From positions 640,001 through 704,000 of the forward strand of contig CAWJJC010000028.1 in NCBI GenBank assembly GCA_963843145.1: 64,000 nt of DNA. Direction: 5' to 3'. Under the pieces are notes generated by a model. The model saw only the letters and a list, made by a program, of their open reading frames with translations. It searched no databases and was not told the DNA's origin. The translations under genes and the position numbers were made by a program. Source of the stretch: an uncultured delta proteobacterium (lineage in GTDB: Bacteria; Desulfobacterota; RBG-13-43-22). Shown here piece by piece: positions 28,311 through 39,039 of this stretch. Positions within the stretch are counted from its first letter, which is position 1. Every line of letters begins with the position of its first letter.

Positions 28311-29531
28311 ATGAGGAGAGCGATAAAGAAAAAAAGCTTGTTGCTTGTTTCAGTTACCATTCTTTTAAGCTTATGCTGTTTTGGAGCCCTTTGGGCCGCG
28401 GAACCGATCAAGATCGGGTTTGTGGCCTCCATTACCGGAGGAGCTTCATTCCTTGGTGAACCGGAGAAAAATACCGCGGTGATGCTCCAGGAATGGGTAA
28501 ATAAAGCGGGCGGGATCAACGGGACCCCGCTGGAAATCATCATCGAGGATTCCAAGACCGACCCCAGCCAAGCCGTACTGGCCACCAAGAAACTGATCGA
28601 ACGGGACAAAGTGACGGCCATTATCGGATCCTCAACTTCGGGTGAATCCATGGCTATGGCCCCTATTTGTGAAAAGGCCCAGATTCCTATGGTTTCCATG
28701 GCGGCCGCTTCGCAGATCGTAACTCCAGCCGACGAGTATAAAAGAATTATGGAAAGCCCCAAGGCGGCCACGGAAGTTCCCAAAGTGCAGCGGCCCTGGA
28801 TTTTCAAGACTCCGCAGACCGATACCTCCGCCGTTGAGGCCATTTATCACTACATGAAGAAAAAGGGGCTGACCAAGGTGGGGATCATCACCGTCAGTGA
28901 TGGGTTTGGGGATTCCGGGCGGAAGGAACTTAAACGTCTGGCGCCCAAGTACGGAATGAACATCGTGGCCGATGAAGTCTACGGCCCCAAAGATTCGGAT
29001 ATGACCGCCCAACTTACCAAAATCAAGGGCAGCGGCGCTCAGGCGGTCATCAACTGGTCGGTCGGCCCGACCCAGGTCGTGGTGACCAAGAACTGGAAGG
29101 CCCTGGCCATGGGAATGCCCCTCTATCAAAGCCACGGTTTCGGCAGCAAAAAGAATATCGAACTGGCCGGCGGGGCGGCTGAAGGAGTCCTCTGTCCTCT
29201 GGGACGTCTGGTTATTTGGGAAAAACTTTCCAAATCCAATCCCCAGTACCCTGTCCTTTCCAAGTATGCCACCGAATACGAGAAAAAGTTTAAATCCGAA
29301 GTCTCGACCTTTGGCGGCCATGCCTATGACGCCATCATGATGGTTGAGGCGGCCTTGAAGAAGGAAGGCCCCGACAAGGCGAAGATTCGGAATTTTCTGG
29401 AAAACAACATCAAAAATTGGCCGGGTACCGGCGGGATATTCAACATGTCGGCGTCCGATCACACCGGGCTGGACCTGACCGCCTTCGATATGATCCAGGT
29501 GGCCAAGGGCGACTGGGAGATCGCCAAGTAA
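28311..29531 (+). CDS. livK: LIV-type ABC transporter substrate-binding protein
   Basis: Signal peptide; PIKIG...TGGASFLG, NKAGGING, DMTAQLTKIK. Confidence 0.88.
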   Translation: MRRAIKKKSLLLVSVTILLSLCCFGALWAAEPIKIGFVASITGGASFLGEPEKNTAVMLQEWVNKAGGINGTPLEIIIEDSKTDPSQAVLATKKLIERDKVTAIIGSSTSGESMAMAPICEKAQIPMVSMAAASQIVTPADEYKRIMESPKAATEVPKVQRPWIFKTPQTDTSAVEAIYHYMKKKGLTKVGIITVSDGFGDSGRKELKRLAPKYGMNIVADEVYGPKDSDMTAQLTKIKGSGAQAVINWSVGPTQVVVTKNWKALAMGMPLYQSHGFGSKKNIELAGGAAEGVLCPLGRLVIWEKLSKSNPQYPVLSKYATEYEKKFKSEVSTFGGHAYDAIMMVEAALKKEGPDKAKIRNFLENNIKNWPGTGGIFNMSASDHTGLDLTAFDMIQVAKGDWEIAK

Positions 29532-29548
29532 TCAAAACAAATGGAAAA

Positions 29549-29598
29549 CCCAAAGGGCCTGTCCAAGGAGGATGGTTTCTTGGACAGGTCCCTTGGGC
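29549..29598 (+). terminator. long hairpin after the binding-protein gene
   Basis: cccaaagggcctgtccaag...cttggacaggtcccttggg. Confidence 0.55.
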
Positions 29599-29646
29599 CT
29601 TAATACGAAAATAATATCAGGCACCACACTGGGCCTTTGTTTTTGC

Positions 29647-29763
29647 CGTCATGCCGGACGCGATAAGCCTGCCCCGGCAGGTAGTAAGCCGGGGGCATCC
29701 AGGGTAGTTGAGGCTTAGCCGAATCCTGGATTCCGGATCGCGCTTCGTTTGTCCGGAATGACG
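29647..29763. repeat. CGTC-type palindromic repeat, copy 5
   Basis: cgtcatgccggacgcgat...gcatccag...ctggattccggatcgcgcttcgtttgtccggaatgacg. Confidence 0.8.
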
Positions 29764-29871
29764 AGCTGACTCGACCCGTTTAAAGCCTATTTTCATGCTT
29801 CGCGGGTACCTGATGGTGCCCGGGTTGTTATCGTAACCTATGAATTTTCCAAACCAGCAAAAAGCCTGACC

Positions 29872-30765
29872 ATGGATCTACAAAGCCAGATCGTTCAATA
29901 TTTGGTGACCGGATTGACCTTGGGCAGTATCTACGCCATGGTAGCCCTGGGATTTACCATTATTTATAACGCCACCAGCATCATCAACTTGGCCCAGGGG
30001 GAGTTCGTGATGTTCGGCGGGCTGATCATGGTTTTTCTGACCACGACCCTCCACCTGCCCCTGGTGGCCGGGTTTATCCTCACTCTGCTCATTGTTACCG
30101 GTATTGGCGCTTTGTATGAACGGCTCTTTATCAATCCCTCCAAAAATGCCCCCTTGATGACCCTGCTGATCATTACCGTGGCGGTTTCCATCTTTTTTCG
30201 GGGCATCGCCATGTTCATCTGGGGGAAGGATTCCTATAGCTTGCCTTCATTCTCTTCGGGTAAACCGATCATAATCTTTGGCGCTGCGGTGCTGCCCCAG
30301 GTGTTTTGGGTCCTGGGGTTATCCCTCCTGGCGGTTATTCTGATGAACCTATTCTTTAACCGGACCATCACCGGCAAGGCCATGAGCGCCTGCGCCGGGA
30401 ACCGTCTGGCCGCCAGTCTGGTCGGAATCAATGTCTCCAAGATGGTCCTTCTTTCCTTTGCCTTGAGCGCCACCCTGGGGGCCCTGGCCGGGGCGGCCAT
30501 CACTCCGATTACCCTGATGGAGTACGACCGCGGGCCGCTGCTGGCTTTAAAAGGTTTCTGCGCCGCCGTTCTGGGAGGACTGGGTTTTGGAACCGGCGCC
30601 GTGGTGGCCGGTTTTATCATCGGTATCATTGAATCTTTCTCGGCGGGTTACATCTCCTCGGGGTTTAAAGACGCCATCGCTCTGGTTATCCTGATTCTGG
30701 TGCTCTTCGTCAAACCCAGCGGGCTCTTCGGCAGCCGGGAAGTGGGTAAGATCAAAAAAATCTAG
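29872..30765 (+). CDS. livH: LIV-type ABC transporter permease
   Basis: GSIYAMVALGFTIIY, INLAQGE, AAVLGGLG, KPSGLFG. Confidence 0.9.
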   Translation: MDLQSQIVQYLVTGLTLGSIYAMVALGFTIIYNATSIINLAQGEFVMFGGLIMVFLTTTLHLPLVAGFILTLLIVTGIGALYERLFINPSKNAPLMTLLIITVAVSIFFRGIAMFIWGKDSYSLPSFSSGKPIIIFGAAVLPQVFWVLGLSLLAVILMNLFFNRTITGKAMSACAGNRLAASLVGINVSKMVLLSFALSATLGALAGAAITPITLMEYDRGPLLALKGFCAAVLGGLGFGTGAVVAGFIIGIIESFSAGYISSGFKDAIALVILILVLFVKPSGLFGSREVGKIKKI

Positions 30766-30792
30766 TCAATCCGAATTACTCAAGGATTTTTA

Positions 30793-31743
30793 ATGGGCAA
30801 GCAGAATTATCTGAAACTCTTGGGGCTGAGCATTGTGATGGCCTTGATTCCCCTGGTTATCCGGGGGGATTATTACCTGACGGTTTTCATTTTCATGGGC
30901 ATCAACAGCCTGGTAGTGATCGGATTAAGTCTGCTAATGGGGTATGCCGGCCAGATTTCCCTGGGGCATGCTGCCTTTTACGGCATAGGGGCCTATGCCA
31001 CCGGTATTTTGACTACGCATTATCACTTTTCCATTTTCAGCGCTTTTTTCATGGGGATTGTTTTATCCATAATAACCGCCATTATTATTGGGATCCCCGC
31101 CTTGCGGTTGTCCGGCCATTATCTGGCGGTGGCCACGCTGGGCATCGGGGAAATCGTCTTTATTATTTTTAACGAGTTGGCCGAATTGACCGGAGGTCCT
31201 TTGGGCCTCTCCAATATTCCCGGGATCCAGATCTTCGGGTTTAAGTTCAACACCAGTTTTAGGTTTTACTACCTGGTCTGGGCCGTCCTCATCCTGGTCC
31301 TCTGGTTTACCTTGAACCTGATTTACTCGCGGGTGGGGCGGGCCCTGCGCTCCATGCACGGCAGCGAGGTGGCGGCCAATGCCATGGGGGTCAACCTGAC
31401 CATGCTGAAGATCCAGGTCTTTGTGTTGAGCGCCGTCTACGCCTCCATTGCCGGGAGCCTGTATGCCCATTTCGTCACCTATATCGCCCCCACAAACTTC
31501 GGCCTTATGGTCTCCATCATGTTTTTGATGATGGGGGTTATCGGCGGGATCCAAACCCTCTGGGGTTCCCTTTTGGGGGCCAGTCTGCTGACCTACCTTC
31601 CGGAATATCTCCGGATCTTTAATGAATATGATATCCTGATCTATGGGGCCATTCTTTTGGGCATCCTCCTCTTTATGCCGGAAGGTTTTCTGGAAGGGAT
31701 TCCCAGGCTTTTCAGAAAAATGCTGAAGCGAGGCAGGGCCTGA
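30793..31743 (+). CDS. livM: LIV-type ABC transporter permease
   Basis: GYAGQISLGHAAFYGIGAY, LRLSGHYLAVATLG, SRVGRAL. Confidence 0.9.
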   Translation: MGKQNYLKLLGLSIVMALIPLVIRGDYYLTVFIFMGINSLVVIGLSLLMGYAGQISLGHAAFYGIGAYATGILTTHYHFSIFSAFFMGIVLSIITAIIIGIPALRLSGHYLAVATLGIGEIVFIIFNELAELTGGPLGLSNIPGIQIFGFKFNTSFRFYYLVWAVLILVLWFTLNLIYSRVGRALRSMHGSEVAANAMGVNLTMLKIQVFVLSAVYASIAGSLYAHFVTYIAPTNFGLMVSIMFLMMGVIGGIQTLWGSLLGASLLTYLPEYLRIFNEYDILIYGAILLGILLFMPEGFLEGIPRLFRKMLKRGRA

Positions 31744-31745
31744 TC

Positions 31746-32522
31746 TTGGCAGAAACCTTATTAAAAGTGGATAACGTCAAGAAGGTCTTCGGCGGGCTGA
31801 TGGCTATCGCCGATCTTTCTTTTGAGGTAAAAACCGGGCAGATCAAGTCGGTGATCGGCCCGAACGGGGCCGGGAAGACGACCCTGTTTAATTTGATCAC
31901 CGGAGTCCATCCCGCGACCAACGGGGAGATTATCTTCCAAAACCGCCGCATAGACCGACTCAAACCCTACGAGATTGCTTCCCTGGGGATTTCCCGGACC
32001 TTTCAAACGGTCGAATTGTTTGGAAACATGACTGTTCTGGAAAACGTCATGGTGGGCTGCCATCCCCGTACCCGTTCCGGGATCTTGGCGGCTGGTCTCC
32101 GTTGGCCTAAGATGAAAAAAGAGGAAGCCTGGACCAGAGAAGAGTCCCTGAAAAAACTGGACCTGGGGGGGTTGAAAGAGAAAGCGCATCTGCCTTCGAC
32201 CAGCCTGCCGCTGGGTGAGCAAAAGACTTTGGAGGTCCTGCGGGCCCTGGCCACTCAGCCCAAGCTGATTCTGCTCGATGAACCGGCCGCCGGACTGAAT
32301 GAATCGGAGACCCAGCAGATGTCCGCCTTGATTTATACCATACGGGAGAGCGGAATAACCATCCTGCTGGTTGAACACGATATGACCCTGGTAATGAAGG
32401 TTTCCGATGAGATTGTGGTGATCAACTACGGTCAAAAGATCGCGGAAGGGACCCCCGAGGAGATACAAAGCAATCCCCTGGTGATCGAGGCCTACCTGGG
32501 CGGAGATATTGACTATGCTTGA
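31746..32522 (+). CDS. livG: LIV-type ABC transporter ATP-binding protein
   Basis: GPNGAGKTT, LLDEPAAG, VEHDM; TTG start. Confidence 0.9.
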   Translation: MAETLLKVDNVKKVFGGLMAIADLSFEVKTGQIKSVIGPNGAGKTTLFNLITGVHPATNGEIIFQNRRIDRLKPYEIASLGISRTFQTVELFGNMTVLENVMVGCHPRTRSGILAAGLRWPKMKKEEAWTREESLKKLDLGGLKEKAHLPSTSLPLGEQKTLEVLRALATQPKLILLDEPAAGLNESETQQMSALIYTIRESGITILLVEHDMTLVMKVSDEIVVINYGQKIAEGTPEEIQSNPLVIEAYLGGDIDYA

Positions 32523-33228
32523 TCTGCGCGGGATCAACGCCTACTATGGGAGCATCCAGGCCCTGAAAAATGTCTTCCTGAAGGTTTCGACCGGGGATAT
32601 TGTGACGATAATCGGGGCCAACGGGGCCGGAAAGTCCACCCTGCTGAAAACGATCTCCGGGGTGATCCAGTCGAAAGGCGGGGCAGTCTGGTACGAGGAT
32701 ACGGACATTACCCGTTTTTCACCGGTTAAAATAGTGGCCCTGGGAATTTCTCAGGTACCGGAAGGCCGGCAGCTCTTCGCTCATCTCCCCGTCCTGGATA
32801 ACCTGCAACTGGGCGCCTATCTGTATCAAAACCGGAAATTCAAAAAGGAAATTCAAGAAAAGCTGGATTGGATTTATCAGGTATTCCCCATCCTGCGAAA
32901 AAGGTCCAAGCAGTTAGCCGGGACCCTGAGCGGCGGAGAGCAGCAGATGGTGGCCATTGCCCGGGCCTTGATGTCCCGTCCGAAACTCCTGCTTCTCGAC
33001 GAACCCTCCATGGGGCTGGCCCCCTTGATTGTCCAGGAGATCTTCCGGGTAATCCGTCAATTGAATGATCAGGGCACCACCATTCTGCTGGTGGAACAAA
33101 ACGCCCGCGCCGCTCTGCAGATTGCCAATTACGGCTATGTCCTGGAGACCGGTTCCATTGCCCTTGAAGGGCCGGCCCATGATCTTTTGGCGGATGAGAA
33201 AGTGCGCCACGCTTACTTGGGCAAATAA
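32515..33228 (+). CDS. livF: LIV-type ABC transporter ATP-binding protein
   Basis: GANGAGKST, VPEGR, LSGGEQQM, LLDEPSMGLAP. Confidence 0.92.
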   Translation: MLDLRGINAYYGSIQALKNVFLKVSTGDIVTIIGANGAGKSTLLKTISGVIQSKGGAVWYEDTDITRFSPVKIVALGISQVPEGRQLFAHLPVLDNLQLGAYLYQNRKFKKEIQEKLDWIYQVFPILRKRSKQLAGTLSGGEQQMVAIARALMSRPKLLLLDEPSMGLAPLIVQEIFRVIRQLNDQGTTILLVEQNARAALQIANYGYVLETGSIALEGPAHDLLADEKVRHAYLGK

Positions 33229-33267
33229 GGTGGATCGGGCGGTATTCAGCCAAAGCCGTAGACTCCC

Positions 33268-36200
33268 ATGAACCACGAAGCAACCGCGAAAATCGGGGCC
33301 GTTCTGGTCGTTGGGGCCGGTATCTCCGGGATGCAGTCGGCCCTGGACCTGGCCAATGCCGGCTTCAAGGTCTATCTGGCGGACCGCAACGTGAGCATCG
33401 GCGGGGTCATGGCCCAGTTGGACAAGACCTTTCCCACCAACGACTGCTCCACCTGCATGATTTCTCCCAAACTGATCGAAGTGTCCGGCAATCCCAATAT
33501 CGAACTCATCACCCGGGCCCGCCTGGAACACCTTTCCGGGGAACCCGGAAATTTCAAGGCCGAGATTTACCAGGAACCTCGGTTCATCAAGGAGGAAGTC
33601 TGCACCGGCTGCGGGGAGTGCATCCAGGTCTGCCCCGTGGAAGTTCCGGCCGATTTCAACCTGGGATTGAATCGCCGCAAAGCGATCTATCGCCATTTCC
33701 CCCAGGCCGTGCCTTCCACCTTTGCCATCGATCGACGGGGGACTTCCCCCTGCAAAGCGGCCTGCCCGGCCCATATCAGCGTTCAGGGGTACGTGGCCCT
33801 GATCGCCCAGGGGAAGTTTGAGGAAGCCTTGGGATTGATCCGCCGGGAAAATCCGCTGCCTTTCGTCTGCGGGTACGTCTGCACCCACCCCTGTGAGGGG
33901 GTCTGTAAAAGAGCGGAAGTGGAAGAAGCTATCGCCATTCGGGACCTGAAAAGGTTCGTGGCCGACTATGAGGCGAAAACCGGACCGGTCAAACTTCCGG
34001 CCCCGGAGGAAAAGCATATCCAGCGGGTAGCCATAATCGGGTCCGGGCCGGCAGGGTTGACCTGCGCCTATTATCTGGCCCGGCAGGGATACCCGGTCAC
34101 TATTTTTGAAGCGCTGCCCAAAGCCGGCGGTATGCTGACCGTAGGAATCCCCAACTACCGCTTGCCTCAGCAGGTGGTCGACCGAGAGATCGAGGCCATC
34201 AAGAGCTTGGGCGTGTCCATCGAGTTGAACAGCCCCATCGGGTCGGAACGGACTCTGGAGCAACTTAAGGAAGAGGGGTTTGAGGCCGTTTTCACAGCCA
34301 TTGGGGCCCACCAGGGGATTCGACTGGGGGTGGCCGGGGAAGACCTGCCGGGGGTCATGGCCGGGGTGGACCTCCTGCGGCAGTCGGCCCTCGGACAGCC
34401 GGTCCAGGTTGGAAAACGGGTGGCCGTCATCGGGGGCGGAAACGTGGCTATCGATGCCGTACGGTCCGCCCTGCGGCTGGGGTCCGAGGAGGGTCTGGTG
34501 ATCTACCGGCGAACCCGGGAAGAAATGCCGGCTTATGCCGAGGAAATCGAAGAAGCCCTGGAAGAGGGGGTTCGGATCGAATATCTGACGGCCCCGGTTC
34601 GATTTTTGGGGGATGAAAAAGGCAAGCTGAGGGCCTTGGAATGCCTGAAGATGGAACTGGGGGAGCCCGATGAGTCGGGACGACGTCGGCCCGTACCGGT
34701 AGCCGGTTCGGAATTTGAGATACCGGTGGATACGGTGATCACAGCCATCAGCCAGCAGCCGGATTTGGCTAAAATTAAGGTCCCCCAGGGCGTAGCGGTT
34801 TCAAAAAACGGAACCTTTGAGGTGGATCCGATTACCCTGCAGTCCGCGCTTCCCTGGCTGTTTGCCGGCGGGGACGCGGTGCTGGGTCCCCGGACGGTCA
34901 TCGAGGCCATTGCCCAGGGCAAGGAAGCCGCGCTTTCCATAGACCGCTATTTACAGGGCGGGGACCTGTTCGCCGGCCGGGAAAAGGCTTTCGAGATTGC
35001 TGAACCGGAAATTACCGGTGTCCTGAAGGAACCGCGATTCCGACCGCGGCTGCGGGCTCCCGGGGAGCGGCGGCGGGACTTCAGGGAAGTGGTGGAGGTC
35101 ATGACGCCGGAAGAAGCCCGGGCGGAGGCCTCCCGCTGCCTGGCCTGCGGGATCTGCTCGGAATGCTACCAGTGTCTGGAGGCCTGCCAGGCCGGGGCCA
35201 TCGACCACGCCATGGTTGGCGAAAAAATCACCCTACAGGTCGGAGCGGTGATCGCTTCACCGGGGTTTGAGATCTTCGATGCCCGCCTGAAGGAAGAATA
35301 CGGGTACGGGCGCTATCCCAACGTGTTGACCAGCCTGGAATTCGAACGGGTCCTGTCCGCTTCGGGTCCCTTCGGGGGCCATGTCCAGCGGCCCTCCGAC
35401 GGCCGGGAGCCCAAGAGAGTGGCCTGGATACAATGCGTCGGGTCCCGGGATGCTTCAATCAACCGGGAATATTGTTCCTATGTCTGCTGCATGTACGCCA
35501 CCAAGCAGGCTATCATCGCCAAGGAGCATCTGGCGGGCCTGGAGCCCACCATATTTTTTATCGATATCCGGGCCCAGGGAAAGGGCTTTGACCGTTATTA
35601 TGAGCGGGCCAGAGGGGAGCACGGGGTCCGGTATGTCCGCAGTCTGATCTCCCGGGTGGCCCAAGACCCGCAAACCCGGGACCTGCAGATTTCTTATATC
35701 GATGAGGACAACCGGTTTCAGACTGAGGAATTCGACTTGGTCATTTTGTCCGTGGGACTGACTCCCCATTCGCAGTCGGGCCCGCTGGCCAAATGCCTGG
35801 AGATCCGGACGGATCGTTTCGGTTTTTGCGTGAACCCGCCTCTGGATACGGTGGGCACGACCCGACCGGGAATCTTTGTGGGCGGGGTGTTCCAGAACCC
35901 CAAGGACATCCCGGAGACCGTCACCCAGGCCAGCGGGGCCGCGGCGGCCGCTGCCGCCTTGCTGACCGAGGCGCGGGGTACTCAAATCAAAGAGGTTTTT
36001 TTCCCCGAGGAAAGGTCCGTTCAGGCGGAGGAAGCCCGCATCGGGGTCTTTATCTGCCATTGCGGGATCAACATCGCCGGGATTGTGGACGTAGCTCAGG
36101 TTTCCGAATACGCCCGGACGCTGCCCGGGGTGGTTTATACCGATCACCTGCTGTTCACCTGTTCCACCGACAGTCAGGAGCGGATGCTCCAGTTGATCAA

Positions 36201-37690
36201 GGAACAACGGGCTGAACCGGGTGGTGGTGGCCTCCTGCTCGCCGCGCACCCATGAAGGCCTCTTCCGGAATACCCTGCGGAAAGCGGGTTTGAACAAATA
36301 CCTGTTCGAGATGGCCAACATCCGGGATCAATGCTCCTGGGTCCACCAGGCCGATCCCGCTGTCGCCACAGAAAAGGCCGAGGACCTGGTGCGCATGGCC
36401 GTGGCCCGGGCCGGTTTACTGGAACCCTTGTACGAGATCCCCTATGAGGTGAATCAGCGGGCCCTGGTAGTGGGCGGCGGAATCGCCGGCATGACGGCCG
36501 CCCTGAACCTGGCCGATCAGGGTTTTGAGACCTTCCTGATCGAACGTGCCGCTCAATTGGGAGGCATAGCCCGACGTATCCACCGGACCTTGGAAGGGGT
36601 GGATGTCCAGCAGTATCTCCAAGAGACCATTCACCGAGTGGTCGGCCATCCCCGTATCCGGCTTTTTATCGACACCGAACTGCTGGAGACCACCGGGACC
36701 GTGGGTCAATTCAGCAGCGTCTTTTCCCACCGGGGGGAAAAGGGGACTTTGAAACACGGGGCCGTGGTGGTGGCCGCCGGCGGGTTGGAGTACCGGCCGA
36801 CGGAGTACCATTATGGCGACCATCCCCGGATCCTGACCCAACTGGAACTTCAGGAAAGACTGTTTGCCGATCCGGAGGGAATAGGGAAACCCGGGTCGGT
36901 GGTCATGATCCAGTGCGTCGGTTCCCGGGACGAGGACCACCCCTACTGCAGTCGGGTTTGTTGTTCCACGGCCGTCCATAACGCCTTACGGATCAAGGAA
37001 ATCAGTCCGCAGACCGAGGTGGTGGTTCTTTACCGGGATATCCGCACCTATGCGCAGAAGGAACTGTATTACAAACAGGCCCGGGAGGCCGGGGTACGCT
37101 TCGTCCGCTTTGAACCGGAAAAGCGGCCGGAAGTGGATCTGGTGGAGGGGAATCTCGAAGTCCGGGTCTTTGACCAGAACCTGAAGGCCGGACTGCGTCT
37201 GCGTCCCGAGTGGATCGCCCTGTCGGCGGCTATCCGGCCGGCGGTGGAAAGCCGGTCTTTGGCGCAGACGCTGAAGCTGCCTTTTGACGCCGACGGCTTT
37301 TTTCTGGAGGCCCACATCAAGTTGCGGCCCCTGGATTTCGCCAACGCCGGGATGTTCCTTTGCGGCCTGGGACACGGTCCGAAGTTCCTGGAAGAGAGCA
37401 TCGCCCAGGCCAAGGGAGCGGCGGCTCGGGCGGCCACGGTGCTGGCCCAGAAACAAACCATGGTGGGCGGGCCGGTGGCCGAAGTCAACGAAGAGCTGTG
37501 CGTCGCCTGTCTGACCTGCCTGCGGGTCTGCCCCTTCGGGGTACCCCGGATCAACGAACGGCATTTCGCCCAGATCGACCCGGCCGCCTGCCGGGGCTGC
37601 GGGAACTGCGCCAGCGCTTGCCCCCAGGGAGCGATCCAGGTCGGCCACTACCTGGACGATCAGTATGTGGCCCTGTTGGAGGCGTGTTAG
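33268..37690 (+). CDS. hdrA: large HdrA-family flavoprotein with inserted GltD/NAD(P)H-binding module (HdrL-like); +1 frameshift near 36210
   Basis: GGVMAQLDKTFPTNDCSTC; ferredoxin CxxCxxC motifs; GltD-like CKAACPAH...GSGPAG...GGGNVAID; WIQCVGSRD; the frame switch restores GLNRVVVASCSPRTHE. Confidence 0.88.
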
Positions 37691-37851
37691 GGCGCAAAGC
37701 GCAAAGCGTAAGGCGTGAGTCGTAAGGCGTAAGGGGTAAAGGCATTGAAAATAACGGATTACTAATACGATCGTTTTTGAAAGGGCTAAACCGGAAGGAG
37801 CAAAGCCGTCTGGTTTTTTAACGACTTGCGCCTTACGACTTGCGCCTCGCG
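37691..37851. repeat. aggcgca/aggcgta heptamer inverted-repeat element
   Basis: ggcgcaaagcgcaaagcgtaaggcgtgagtcgtaaggcg...cgacttgcgccttacgacttgcgcc. Confidence 0.7.
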
Positions 37852-37863
37852 AGTTTTCTTAGA

Positions 37864-38295
37864 TTGGAATCATTCGAACCCAAACTCATCGCCATGGTCT
37901 GCACTTATTGCACCTATACGGCTGCGGATATGGCCGGTTCCCTGCGGCTTCAATATCCGCACAACGTGCGGATCATTAAATACCTTTGCACCGGCAAGGT
38001 GGATATCCAGCATATGCTGAAGGCCTTTGAGGGTGGGGCCGATGCCCTGCTGGTGGGCGGCTGAGCCATCGGGGACTGCCATTTCCTGGAAGGAAATCTC
38101 AGAGCCAAGGAGCGGGTGGAGTACACCAAAACCCTGTTAACGGAAATCGGCCTGGAACCCGAACGGCTGGAAATGTTTCATATCGGGGCCTCCGATGCCC
38201 CGCAGTGGGCCCAGGCGGTGACCGAGATGACGGAGCGGGCCAGGGGGTTGGGTCCGAATCCATTGAAAAAGTTAAAAGTTCAAAATGCGGAGTAG
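37864..38295 (+). CDS. mvhD: MvhD/FlpD iron-sulfur subunit, selenoprotein (in-frame TGA at 38062-38064)
   Basis: FEPKLIAMVCTYC..AAD, YP..VRIIKYLCTGKVD, GADALLVGG-U-AIGDCHFLEGN..GLEPERL; the frame stays open for 76 codons after the TGA; TTG start inferred. Confidence 0.9.
38081..38097 (+). promoter_or_regulatory. putative bacterial SECIS hairpin
   Basis: atttcct-gga-aggaaat stem-loop starting 16 nt after the UGA, with G in the apical loop. Confidence 0.65.
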
Positions 38296-38355
38296 AGTCT
38301 TTTTGAAAGGAATGGTGACTCAAGCAAGGAGGAGTTCTTAAATGGGAATTATAAA

Positions 38356-39039
38356 ATGATCGTCGCCCAACGCAAACCCTTTGCTGAAATCAAAAGGGCT
38401 TTAGCCCCTTATACGAATATCCTGGTGGCCGGGTGCGGGACCTGTGTGGCGGTCTGCCTGGCCGGGGGGAAAAAAGAGGTGGGTCTCTTGGCCAGCCAGC
38501 TCCGGATGAGTTTCGGCCTGGAGAAGAAGGAAGTGAAGATCTCCGAAGTGACCCTGGAACGGCAGTGCGATCGGGAGTTCCTGGAGATGGCCGGGAAAGA
38601 AGTGGAAGAGGCCGAGGCCGTGCTCTCCCTGGCCTGCGGGGCCGGGATCCAGTTCCTGGCTGAAGTCTATCCCCAACGGCCCGTGTATCCGGGGGTGAAT
38701 ACCACCTTCATCGGCGTGGCTGAGGCCGCCGGTCTCTGGACCGAGCGTTGCCGGGCCTGCGGAGATTGCCTGCTGGCGGAGACCGGCGGGATCTGCCCGA
38801 GGACCATCTGCGCCAAGGGGCTCAATAACGGGCCCTGCGGGGGCATGCTGGACGGGAAATGCGAGGTGGATCCGGAACGCCCCTGTGCCTGGGTGCTGAT
38901 TCATGATCGGCTGAGCCGGGAGGGGCGTTTGGCAGACTTGGAAGCGGTCAGGCCCCCCACGGACTTTGCCCGGCAAACCCAGCCCGGGAAAGTGACTCAC
39001 GCGGCTTATTTGCGGAGGTATCATGGCGACTCCAAGTAA
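38356..39039 (+). CDS. metV: methylene-THF reductase small subunit MetV
   Basis: GCGTCVAVC, ERQCD, ACGAG, ERCRACGDC...CPRTICAKGLNNGPCGG...CEV...CAW. Confidence 0.88.
   Translation: MIVAQRKPFAEIKRALAPYTNILVAGCGTCVAVCLAGGKKEVGLLASQLRMSFGLEKKEVKISEVTLERQCDREFLEMAGKEVEEAEAVLSLACGAGIQFLAEVYPQRPVYPGVNTTFIGVAEAAGLWTERCRACGDCLLAETGGICPRTICAKGLNNGPCGGMLDGKCEVDPERPCAWVLIHDRLSREGRLADLEAVRPPTDFARQTQPGKVTHAAYLRRYHGDSK

Noticed and set aside
36200-36255. Possible selenocysteine readthrough joining the two hdrA ORFs
   Set aside because: The halves are in different frames, so the break is a +1 indel rather than an in-frame TGA.
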